A DNA stretch of 64,000 nt from Candidatus Equimonas faecalis. Its GTDB lineage: Bacteria; Bacteroidota; Bacteroidia; Bacteroidales; Bacteroidaceae. The DNA lies in NCBI GenBank assembly GCA_018066245.1, contig JAGHRT010000008.1, forward strand, positions 17,961 through 81,960. The letters are read 5' to 3'. This document shows, one piece after another, positions 9,938-19,210 of this stretch; position 1 is the stretch's first letter; every line of letters begins with the position of its first letter. Position numbers and translations under genes: made by a program. The notes under the pieces were generated by a model. It did no database searches and was not told the origin of the DNA. It saw only the letters and a list, made by a program, of their open reading frames with translations.

Positions 9938-11797
9938 TTAATTTTCAGAGGTTCCACGATAAGGCTCTATCTTAATGCTGACGATATTGAGCCCGTCGCC
10001 ATCTGTTGTGAGTTTACGGTCGTACTCACTGCAGAAGCGCAGACGGCAGAACGTGTTGCAATCGGCAGGCAGGCCACGATAGCTATAAGGGAACTCGATG
10101 CGAGGAATGATAACATACTCCTTCACCTCATTCTGATCCACCGTAAAGGTTACAGAGCGCGTCTTGTTCTTGGCTGAAGTGCCGTTGTTGCCTTCGGCTA
10201 TGTCAAGAGCCTTATTTTCGTCGTCGCGCACCTCCACATAGAATGTGCTGACCTCGGTTACAGCGCTGTCCGGTACGATATCATAGCAGATGCGACTGGG
10301 GGCAAGGACTGCTTTCACCGTATAAGAGGCGGCCATAACTTCGGGAAGACGATAGTCCACCTGCAAGGTGTTACGGCCATCGCGCTGGAAGCGCTGGTAG
10401 CTCGTTACATTGAAGGAGTCGATGACGACGCTATCGCGATTGAATTCAGTGAGCATGATGGTGCTACCGTTCTTTTCGGTACAGTGGCTGCTAGCCATAG
10501 CCTGCATAGCCATATTATACTGACTAGTAGCTTCAATGTCCCGCTTTACCATCCATGTGTATTCTGGCTGCACGTTGTACTGATCCACAGCAAACACAAA
10601 GCCATTGGAAGCACGCTCAGGCTTTTGATTGTTGAACATGGGGTTCTCACCGCCCTTGTTGCTGTTATAATATATAGTACCGTTTGTTGAAATCAGAGAG
10701 TCTGCCGTGAGAGCATAGCCTATCACTTGGGCGGAATCACGAATATCGGAGATGCCATGCCAAGTGGAAGGGCTGAAGAAAGCACTCTGAATCATAGAAG
10801 CCTTTACATTATAGTCGGTCAGAGAGTCGGTGTTGAGTTTGGCCGTCTTGGAGGCAAACGCATTCTTCTCACTGCTCCAGTCGTAATTATAAGTGCTCTT
10901 ATACTTGAAATACTGGCTCAACTTCGTAATGGCTCCGTTCCAAGCAGTATCGGTCGGAACTACCGTGACATAGCAGGAGTCCTCGTTTTGCAACTGGGCA
11001 TGGCACTTGTCAAGGATGTCATTCGTATGGTCATAAACGGAATCCACATACACCATATTGCCATCCTCATTCAGAGCGCCTTCAACGGAACGTCCCTCGC
11101 TGAACGTGTACTTGTCAATGGCAGGATCGAACAAGTAGGCACTGAGCTTGGAGTTCTTGGGGGAGGACTTCAGGAAGTCATAGAGATTGAAAGCAAATGG
11201 CGAAACTGTGCTCAGAAGGTGCATCGTGCCATTGCTTGACACGATGGGAGCACCTTGAATACCTACGCCATTGAACGTAGAACCTCCGCCATTAGATACG
11301 TAGTTTACCTTCTTACCATTCAACAGGATGACCTCCTGAGAGCCAGACACTCCTTCGTAGTTGAAGCGGGCAACATGGTTGTAAACGAACTGATTGGCCA
11401 CCTCATACTCCAAGGCAAGATAATTCTTGGAAGCTCCTTCTGCTTTGTAAATGTTTTCGGCACTGTCAAGCAGGGCCTCATAACGTTTGGCATCATACGT
11501 TCCGTCAATGGGAGCCCAGACGGAAAAGCTTTGAGGTTCGTCAAGCAGCTCAGCCAGCGTCTTGGCTGTCTGCGGGGTTATCTTATCTGTTTCGGAGCGC
11601 ATCATGTAAGAGCGAGTAAGAATACTCTGCAAATCCTTGAGCTGAGGATTTTGCACGATATTCTGCCAGATTGTCTGATTACTCGTTCCATCGCCACCGA
11701 AGACATCGTAGTGGTCATCACTACATGCGGAGAATCCGAGCAAAGCCGCTATAGCTATGGCTCCTCCTTTTAGACTGTTCTTTGTTATTATATTCAT
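9938..11797 (-). CDS. Fasciclin (FAS1) domain lipoprotein, putative surface binding protein
   Basis: Lipobox FSAC; FAS1 H1/H2-like motifs FSVWAPID, SSNGTMHLL, TVVPTDTAW and ASNGFVFAVD. Confidence 0.75.
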   Translation of the reverse strand: MNIITKNSLKGGAIAIAALLGFSACSDDHYDVFGGDGTSNQTIWQNIVQNPQLKDLQSILTRSYMMRSETDKITPQTAKTLAELLDEPQSFSVWAPIDGTYDAKRYEALLDSAENIYKAEGASKNYLALEYEVANQFVYNHVARFNYEGVSGSQEVILLNGKKVNYVSNGGGSTFNGVGIQGAPIVSSNGTMHLLSTVSPFAFNLYDFLKSSPKNSKLSAYLFDPAIDKYTFSEGRSVEGALNEDGNMVYVDSVYDHTNDILDKCHAQLQNEDSCYVTVVPTDTAWNGAITKLSQYFKYKSTYNYDWSSEKNAFASKTAKLNTDSLTDYNVKASMIQSAFFSPSTWHGISDIRDSAQVIGYALTADSLISTNGTIYYNSNKGGENPMFNNQKPERASNGFVFAVDQYNVQPEYTWMVKRDIEATSQYNMAMQAMASSHCTEKNGSTIMLTEFNRDSVVIDSFNVTSYQRFQRDGRNTLQVDYRLPEVMAASYTVKAVLAPSRICYDIVPDSAVTEVSTFYVEVRDDENKALDIAEGNNGTSAKNKTRSVTFTVDQNEVKEYVIIPRIEFPYSYRGLPADCNTFCRLRFCSEYDRKLTTDGDGLNIVSIKIEPYRGTSEN

Positions 11798-11822
11798 AGT
11801 TGCTGTTGTTTACTATATGAAT

Positions 11823-13901
11823 TTACCACTGGTCTTCAGGAACCGTTCCGTTATATACCATTGAAGAGCAGAACTCAAAGTAGTCCATAAAGAACTGTGC
11901 ATCGGACTTTTCAAGGGCACTCTTGAAGCGGATGTAGTAGGTCTTGTTTTTCTCAAAGTGCTGCTGAACAACGATACGGCGCAAGCAACCTGTGGCAGCC
12001 TCCACCTTACGAAGCACCGTGCTGGTGCCCGAACCATCGGGCAACTGTGCATAACGGGGAGCCTTCATGAAGCCGTGGTTACGCATATTACGGTCGTTCT
12101 CAGCATTGACGTTTTCATCGTTGCCATCGCTGACAAAACCGATGTTCTCATTGTTGATAACGCTCTGGCGCATATCGTAAGGCAGGCCAGCAGGCTGCAA
12201 GTTGTTGGGGTCATCGCCGATATAGAGCTGAGCCATTCCGCGCAGTTCGTTGTGGCTCGTACCGAAGCGAAGCTCATAAGTACCGTCCATGGGCACGGGC
12301 GGGAGGCGGAGAACAAAGTCAAACACACCACAGGCCATGAATTCATCACCCTGATAGTCACGCCAAGCAGTACCACCCACAGCTGCAGAATTGAGGTAAA
12401 GCAACTTGGTATCGGCACTCTCATTGGTGATGCAGTTGAAATAGCCATTGGGGAAGTGGGTGTAAACTCCACCGCGCACGTTGTTACTCATCAGCTCAGG
12501 CAGGATAGTTGTGATGTCGAAGCGAATACGCTCGCTAGCCAATGCCTCCTGATTAGTTTTGTTATCAATAAGCAGGCCCTTGATAGGATAATAGAAACCA
12601 TTCTTGGCATTGTTGTCAAAGGCTGTACCATCGGCACCAACGTTGTACGAAAGAGCCTGAATACCTTCATGCAACACTTCAGTGGTACCATACGATTTTG
12701 TCTCATGACGGCTTACGCGGTTCAAATAGACATTATGAGACGTTTCACGAACAGGCACATCGCCATCCTGGGAAACTTTGAGAAGAGCAGGATGCTTACC
12801 TGCGGTTCCGAAGTAATCCCACACATCCACTGACAGCGTGTTTGTCTGAGGATTCTTCATGTCGCCATACTTATAGCCATACTCGTTGAAGTGGCGCACA
12901 AGATTGTTGAACGGCACTTTTGCATCAAGGAGGTGATAGGCCACAAAGCGATTGACAGCATTGTTGGGGCTTTTCAGATTACCTTTGTCTGCAGTACCAT
13001 AAACAGCCTCGGCGCAATCGGTAATGGCTTCCAGGAATTTTTCCTTGTCGGAAACACTTACGCCCAATTCACGCTCAAACACGTCGTCGGTCTCAACAAA
13101 GGCGGTAAAACCTTGATAACGGTGCTTAGCCACAGTGAAGGTGGCGAGATTCTTGATGTTGAGAGTCTCATCACGGTCTGTCTGCTCATACTTTGTATCC
13201 AAGTCGGCAGAATCCGTGCTCATCGCAAGGTTCCATCCCGTGGCTTCAAGGAGGATGGTCATGCCCTTCATGTTGTCAGCCTCAGCGATGAGGTCGGCCA
13301 CGCTCTTGCTGGAAGGGGCAATCGCATTGGTTCCAACGACATGCACATAACCATTCTGCAATTCAACATCGGTCTTGGTCAAAGTGCTTGTACCATTCAG
13401 CACATAATTGTCCAGAGAATCCAGCTGGCAGGTAATCAAGCGGTCATTGAGGTCGGGGAGAGGGAATGCACTGCCGTCCCGAGGGAAGTCAGGACTTTCG
13501 TAAGCACTGTTTGAACCGTTGTCAATGATGCAGCTATAGACAATCAGCATGGCCTCATCCTTGGTGAGTTCCTTGTAACTTGCATGGCCACATGATTTGG
13601 CAAAGGCCTCCACAGCCTCATTGTTGGGAGCGAACACCGTGTAATTGCCTCGGGCTGACAAGGCACTAAGGACGGAAGATGCTTCCTTCTTCATGCCCAA
13701 AGGAGTCTGTCCGAACAAGTCGGCAATCGAACTGAAATCCGGATTGGTTGTGAGGTAATCGGCGATGGTCTGCTCTGTCTTTATAGCGAAGTTGCTATCA
13801 TCGATGTTTTCAGAACAACTCTGAAAACTGAAGGCAGATACTGCAAGTGCTGCAATACCAAGTATGCCCGCAACACTTAGATATTTCTTATTTGTATTCA
13901 T
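11823..13901 (-). CDS. Fasciclin (FAS1) domain lipoprotein
   Basis: Lipobox FQSC; motifs YTVFAPNNEA, QNGYVHVV, FTAFVETD, FVAYHLL and AKNGFYYPI. Confidence 0.8.
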   Translation of the reverse strand: MNTNKKYLSVAGILGIAALAVSAFSFQSCSENIDDSNFAIKTEQTIADYLTTNPDFSSIADLFGQTPLGMKKEASSVLSALSARGNYTVFAPNNEAVEAFAKSCGHASYKELTKDEAMLIVYSCIIDNGSNSAYESPDFPRDGSAFPLPDLNDRLITCQLDSLDNYVLNGTSTLTKTDVELQNGYVHVVGTNAIAPSSKSVADLIAEADNMKGMTILLEATGWNLAMSTDSADLDTKYEQTDRDETLNIKNLATFTVAKHRYQGFTAFVETDDVFERELGVSVSDKEKFLEAITDCAEAVYGTADKGNLKSPNNAVNRFVAYHLLDAKVPFNNLVRHFNEYGYKYGDMKNPQTNTLSVDVWDYFGTAGKHPALLKVSQDGDVPVRETSHNVYLNRVSRHETKSYGTTEVLHEGIQALSYNVGADGTAFDNNAKNGFYYPIKGLLIDNKTNQEALASERIRFDITTILPELMSNNVRGGVYTHFPNGYFNCITNESADTKLLYLNSAAVGGTAWRDYQGDEFMACGVFDFVLRLPPVPMDGTYELRFGTSHNELRGMAQLYIGDDPNNLQPAGLPYDMRQSVINNENIGFVSDGNDENVNAENDRNMRNHGFMKAPRYAQLPDGSGTSTVLRKVEAATGCLRRIVVQQHFEKNKTYYIRFKSALEKSDAQFFMDYFEFCSSMVYNGTVPEDQW

Positions 13902-13905
13902 AAGG

Positions 13906-15747
13906 CTATCTATTCTCTGTGGGTTTACTACTGTTAGGAGTATAACGATCCCAAACCACGTTCTGCTTCAAAGCAGGATTTGACTTGATTTCGTCATTAT
14001 AATAAGGAATGTACATGGCATCCAGTTTGCGCAAGCGTGTCTGGAGGCTCTTGGATGCCCCAACCCAGCTGCTCAAGACATCTTCAGTCTTGTTTTCGCT
14101 TTCTGCCTGACGCACGATATCAAACCAACGCTTGCCTTCTGAGAAGAACTCGCGCTGACGCTCACGATAGACAAGTTCAAGAAGGGCGGAGCCTTTCTTA
14201 CCCTTGGCGTAGTTATGACACAGGCGGCCAGAAGTATTCACAGCACTTGAACCTGTGGAGTCAAGACCAGGATTGTAGCGCTCAAACAGTTTGTTCACCA
14301 ATCTGAAGCCTTCTACGAGTTCTGGTGTGTCAGCACCATTCATATCGAGGCGTGCCAAGCACTCTGCCTTAATCATCATCAGGTCGCTGAGGCGATATAC
14401 AGGCCAGTTGGCATTGGCTTTACTTCGGCTTTCAAAACTACCTTCTTGCGCCATGTCTTCCTTGTTCTCAAAGGCCACCTTTTCTGCCGTGTTTTTGATA
14501 ATGGGATACTCCGACTGGGTAATATCCTTAAATTCCACGGACTCACGAATACGAATATCCGTCTTGCCAAAACCCTTGAGAGTGCCGTCGTCATCCAACG
14601 AGTTAATCGTGGTAAAGAGCGAGGGCTTGCCTACCATTAACTGGGCAGACTTGTTGGAAGTACTGTAATAGAGACTTCCAAGGACACTGTTTTGAGTTCT
14701 GTCGCCATCGTACTGGAGGTCAAAGATGGACTCATCGGAATTACGGGATCCCCAAATTGTGTTGTACACATTGTCGGTCGTGTTGGTACCGCGAGAAGAT
14801 ATGCGATACAGGGGGTAGGGCTGGCTACGCTCTATTTCTGTGTACTGGGACGTATTTTCGTTTACCTTCACGCGATAAGCGGAGTCCATCTTTTCAAGCA
14901 CCTCATCACAAAGTTCTACAGCACGGCGGAATTCCTGAGCGGCCATGTTGTTCAAATCGCCTTGCGCTTTGATGGTATCGCCACTCTCATTCATCACCGT
15001 ATAGCCCTTTGCAATGCCATTCTGGAGCATACAAGCGTGCCAAAGATACATGTCAGCAAGAAGGATGCGGATGCTGTTCTTTGTAAAGCGTCCCTTGTTA
15101 TCCATATTGTTGCCGTAGTTCTTGGCTGCATAGTCCTTGCATTCTTCCAAATCCTTGATCAGAGAACCGAGCACATTGACACCTTGAGTTACGGGCTGTC
15201 CCTGGCGGGCTGCAAGAGCCTCAGTGTCGGTGCTGATGGTCTTGGTAATGAAAGGTACATCGCGATAGGCCCGTACCAAATAGAAATAATAGAGGGCCCG
15301 CAGACTAAGCATCTCGGCTTTAATAGGATTCCATGCTCCAGGTGAGAATGTCGGATCCACCTTGTGGTCAATCATTTCCTGGCCTTTCTCCAGTACTTTG
15401 TTGCAATAAGAAATGCCACTATAGAAAGGGGCCCAGGAGAACATGGCCTGAGTAGGCTGGAGCACACCTTCTGTCAGATATTTGACGCTGGTGTTGGACA
15501 TATTCTTCAAATCGACATTGTCGCTACGAAATTCGCCCCAATAGAGGATTTTCTCGACCAATTCGGATTTTGTCATCTGGTAGTAGGCCGCGGCGCGAAC
15601 ATTGTCCACATCGCCCTTTGTCTGCCAGAAATTTTCCTCAGGGATGGAGTCCGTAGGCAATTCTGTCAAGTAATCCTCACACGAAGCGGTCAGGCCGATT
15701 ACGGCGAGACAGAAGAAAAACTTGGTTGTGATATTATTCATTTTCAT
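13906..15747 (-). CDS. SusD/RagB family lipoprotein
   Basis: Lipobox TASC; motifs WGEFRSD, FYSGISYCN, LRALYYFYLVRAYRDVP and ERQREFFSEGKRWFDIVR. Confidence 0.93.
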   Translation of the reverse strand: MKMNNITTKFFFCLAVIGLTASCEDYLTELPTDSIPEENFWQTKGDVDNVRAAAYYQMTKSELVEKILYWGEFRSDNVDLKNMSNTSVKYLTEGVLQPTQAMFSWAPFYSGISYCNKVLEKGQEMIDHKVDPTFSPGAWNPIKAEMLSLRALYYFYLVRAYRDVPFITKTISTDTEALAARQGQPVTQGVNVLGSLIKDLEECKDYAAKNYGNNMDNKGRFTKNSIRILLADMYLWHACMLQNGIAKGYTVMNESGDTIKAQGDLNNMAAQEFRRAVELCDEVLEKMDSAYRVKVNENTSQYTEIERSQPYPLYRISSRGTNTTDNVYNTIWGSRNSDESIFDLQYDGDRTQNSVLGSLYYSTSNKSAQLMVGKPSLFTTINSLDDDGTLKGFGKTDIRIRESVEFKDITQSEYPIIKNTAEKVAFENKEDMAQEGSFESRSKANANWPVYRLSDLMMIKAECLARLDMNGADTPELVEGFRLVNKLFERYNPGLDSTGSSAVNTSGRLCHNYAKGKKGSALLELVYRERQREFFSEGKRWFDIVRQAESENKTEDVLSSWVGASKSLQTRLRKLDAMYIPYYNDEIKSNPALKQNVVWDRYTPNSSKPTENR

Positions 15748-15765
15748 TGTTATGCATTCTTTAAA

Positions 15766-18700
15766 TTAGAAGCCAAATTGCACACCTGCTGTGAACGAGC
15801 GTGAACGCGGTGTCGTGTCATAGTCGGTACAGGGGTTATAGCCGCTTGTGGGATGGTCGGGGTCTGCACCCGTGTATTTGCTCCACACAAAGAGGTTGTT
15901 GATAGAGGCAGTGAAACGTACCTGTGAGAGACCAGCCTTCTTGAGAAGCTTGGGATCCATGCTGTAGCCTAACTGCAAATACTGGAAACGGAGATAGTCG
16001 CCTTTCTCTACGTAGCGGTCGCTGATAAGAGCATTGTAAGAGTCAGCGATATTAGTGCTCAGAGCTCTTGGAATCTCAGTTACCTGACCGTTCTTGCGCC
16101 AGCGCCAGTTTACAGCTGCACTCTGGTTCTGGTTATCACGCATGGATTCGGAACGCAGACGGGCTACGTTGATAATCTTATTGCCCACGCGGAAGTTGAA
16201 GTTGGTCTTCAAGGTCCAACGTCCATAGGTCAAATCCACGCCGAAGCCACCATTGAACTTCGGGCTGGAAGAGCCGAGGTACTGAATGTCGAGTTCGTTA
16301 ATCTGTCCATCGTGGTTGATGTCCTCATAAGCCACATCACCACCGCTGAACTGGTAGTTCACACCGCCGTAGTTGTAAATCATGGGCAGAGGATTACCGC
16401 TCTTGTCGTAGATAACCTTGCCTTCGGCATCGCGTGCCACAGGAGCTGCGTTGTAGATGTTCACACCGCCATAGCCATTGGCCAGAGCATGGGCAGCCGT
16501 GTTCTCAACGCCGTTAGCATCGTAATAATTGTTTTTTCCGGATGCGGGGTCGAAATAGCCGTTGTGGTCATAGTCATATACATAAACGCCCTTGAAGTGG
16601 AAACCGTAGATGCCGCCCAAAGCATTACCAATCTGCACACGACTGAGCACCTGCTGATTGCCTCCGGAATAGTTAAAGTCGGAGTTCATGTTGTTGAGCA
16701 CGCTGGCATCCATCTCGTTGATGGTGTTTATGTTCTGGGCAAAGTTGGCACGGAGTACTGCGTAGAACTTGCCACCGGCCAGCTTGAAGATATGGCCCGT
16801 GGAGATATTCAGTTCCCAACCTTTGTTTTCAAGCTCACCTATGTTGCAGGAGCCCAGTGAGGCATAACCGGTGGAAGTGGGAATGCGCACACCGCCCATT
16901 ATCTGATCCTTCACTCTGTCGTCATAGACGTTGAAGTCGAAGTTGATAAGGTTGTCGAGGAAGCTGAGGTTGGCACCGAGGTTCCAGCTGTACTTCTTCT
17001 CAGGACGGATTTCCACAAGGCGCAGGCTTGAGGGATAGATACCCTGCACGCCGTTGTAGGAACCATAGGGGCTATATTTATTATAGGAGAGGCCAGAACC
17101 TGTAACAGGGTTACCCACGCGTGCCCAACCGCCACGGATAGCCAGCATGCTCACTACGTTGCGGAGAGGCTGGAAGAACTTTTCATCGCTGATGTTCCAA
17201 CGGCCGGAGAAACCGAGGTAAAGGTTCCACTTGCGACTGGAGCCGAAGTTGGTGCTACCCTCGGAACGTACCGTAGCATCGAGAATATATCTGGAGCCGA
17301 AAGCGTAGTGGGCCGTAGCCATCAGGTTGATGCGGCGGGACTTGCCCGTGCTGGAAGAAATGCTGTTAAGGAAGCCGGGCACCGTGGGATCTTTGATGCC
17401 GCCATTGACACCTATTGTGGAAGACGATTGCGAAGTGGTGTTGTCCGTCTTCAATTCATAGCGTGCCAATACCTGCAGGCTATGGCCGGAATCGAAGAAG
17501 GCAGGCTTCAGCACCAAGTCATGACGAGTAGTGAAGGCGAAGCCCTTGGATTCGGAACTTGAAACCTCATTGATGCCGGAACTCCAGTCGTTGAAACTTA
17601 GAGCTGCGGGGAAATAGCCATCGTTGGACTGGGTGTTGGCGGAAATGTTCACGGAGCCGGTGTAGTTCAACTGCCATTCATCATCTTCCTTGCCCAAGAA
17701 CTTGTAGTCAATGTCAAACGTAGGATTGATGTTGTAAGTGCTTCTTCTCCTCTTGGCAAGATTAGCAATGGCCACAGGGTTGCCGTTGCGTACCATGTCG
17801 CCCAGATAAAAACTGGAGAGGCCGCTCTGGTTGTCGAGCAAGCCTGCAGCAGCTGCAGGTTTAGGCATGAGGAAATACTCACCGGAATCGTAGTAAGTGT
17901 CGTTTATATTGTCATACTCCTGACGCGTTATGGCCATGTTAGGCATGGCGGCATAGGCTTTAGCCAGGATGTCGGCATAGTTCATATTGTTCTTCGTGTA
18001 GGTCAGCGCGAAGTTTGAACGGAAAGTGATGCGGTCGCTCACATAGTAGTCGAGAGCCAGGCGAGTGGTCAGACGGTCGAGGCTCTGCTGGATGATGGTA
18101 CCCGTTTCATGGTCGTAGGTGCCGGACACGCGGAAGGATGCTTTTTCACCACCGCCAGAGATGTTCACGCCGACGTTGTGGGTTTGTCCGAACTGCGTAA
18201 CCTCGTCCACCCAATCGGTATTCTTGTTGAAGTTGCCATAATAAGCGGGATGGTCCTTCAGGTACATCAGTTCGACGATGCCAGAGGCAGCATCACTCTG
18301 ATGAGGGTTGAAGTAGGCTTCCTTCAGCATCATGGTGTAGCCGTCGCCATTGAGGAGCTTTCGTCCCTGGGGCTGCCATGCACCCGTAAACTTATAGGAG
18401 AAGTTCACCTTGGTCTTGCCGCGTGCGCCACGCTTTGTGTAGATTTCAATAACGCCGTTGGCACCCTGCGAGCCGTACTGTACGGTAGAGGCACCGTCCT
18501 TCAGCACGTTAATTTTCTTGATGTCATCAGGTGCAACTTGAAGGAGATTGGCAAACTGTTCTTCGTTCTCCATGTCCGTGAGGTCAAGGCCGTCTGTGCT
18601 CAGTTCCTCCATAGGATAGCCATCGACAACGATGAGGGGTTCCTGATTACCGTTGATGGAACTTGTACCACGCAGGCGCATGGAGGTGCCGGAACCAAGG

Positions 18701-19200
18701 TTACCGGAATTGGCCACGATGTCGAGACCTGCGATTTGTCCCTGAAGGGCTTCACCTGCTGTCTCAAACGAGAGGCCTTCCATGTTCTCCATATCGAGGC
18801 TCTGGGTGGCGGAGCTCAACTCGCGCTCAGGAATGGTCAGGCCATTGCTCTTGGTCTTGCGCATCTGCGTAACCTTAGCCTCAGTGAGCGTATGGCGGTC
18901 TTCCAGCTGCACACGGAAGGAGGTCTGTGAACCAATGGTCTTAGAATATTTCGCGTAACCGATGTAGGATATTTCAAGGACATTGGCAGGATTCTTAATG
19001 GTAAGTGTGAAGTTACCACTCATATCGGTCTGCGTGGCGGACACGATACGGCCATTCTTGTCTTTTTCAACAACGTTGGCCATCATGATAGCGCCATCTG
19101 CCTTGCTCCACACATGTCCGGAAATTCGCTTTTGCTGAGCGAAGGCCACCGAGCAGATAAGGCAGAGAATGAGCGTCAGAAGATACTTTCTATTTTTCAT
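15766..19200 (-). CDS. SusC/RagA TonB-dependent transporter
   Basis: Start moved to MKNRKYLL at 19200, which gives a signal peptide; plug motifs PLIVVDG and YGSQGANGVIEIYTKRG; C-terminal F. Confidence 0.95.
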   Translation of the reverse strand: MKNRKYLLTLILCLICSVAFAQQKRISGHVWSKADGAIMMANVVEKDKNGRIVSATQTDMSGNFTLTIKNPANVLEISYIGYAKYSKTIGSQTSFRVQLEDRHTLTEAKVTQMRKTKSNGLTIPERELSSATQSLDMENMEGLSFETAGEALQGQIAGLDIVANSGNLGSGTSMRLRGTSSINGNQEPLIVVDGYPMEELSTDGLDLTDMENEEQFANLLQVAPDDIKKINVLKDGASTVQYGSQGANGVIEIYTKRGARGKTKVNFSYKFTGAWQPQGRKLLNGDGYTMMLKEAYFNPHQSDAASGIVELMYLKDHPAYYGNFNKNTDWVDEVTQFGQTHNVGVNISGGGEKASFRVSGTYDHETGTIIQQSLDRLTTRLALDYYVSDRITFRSNFALTYTKNNMNYADILAKAYAAMPNMAITRQEYDNINDTYYDSGEYFLMPKPAAAAGLLDNQSGLSSFYLGDMVRNGNPVAIANLAKRRRSTYNINPTFDIDYKFLGKEDDEWQLNYTGSVNISANTQSNDGYFPAALSFNDWSSGINEVSSSESKGFAFTTRHDLVLKPAFFDSGHSLQVLARYELKTDNTTSQSSSTIGVNGGIKDPTVPGFLNSISSSTGKSRRINLMATAHYAFGSRYILDATVRSEGSTNFGSSRKWNLYLGFSGRWNISDEKFFQPLRNVVSMLAIRGGWARVGNPVTGSGLSYNKYSPYGSYNGVQGIYPSSLRLVEIRPEKKYSWNLGANLSFLDNLINFDFNVYDDRVKDQIMGGVRIPTSTGYASLGSCNIGELENKGWELNISTGHIFKLAGGKFYAVLRANFAQNINTINEMDASVLNNMNSDFNYSGGNQQVLSRVQIGNALGGIYGFHFKGVYVYDYDHNGYFDPASGKNNYYDANGVENTAAHALANGYGGVNIYNAAPVARDAEGKVIYDKSGNPLPMIYNYGGVNYQFSGGDVAYEDINHDGQINELDIQYLGSSSPKFNGGFGVDLTYGRWTLKTNFNFRVGNKIINVARLRSESMRDNQNQSAAVNWRWRKNGQVTEIPRALSTNIADSYNALISDRYVEKGDYLRFQYLQLGYSMDPKLLKKAGLSQVRFTASINNLFVWSKYTGADPDHPTSGYNPCTDYDTTPRSRSFTAGVQFGF

Positions 19201-19210
19201 AATTCTGAAT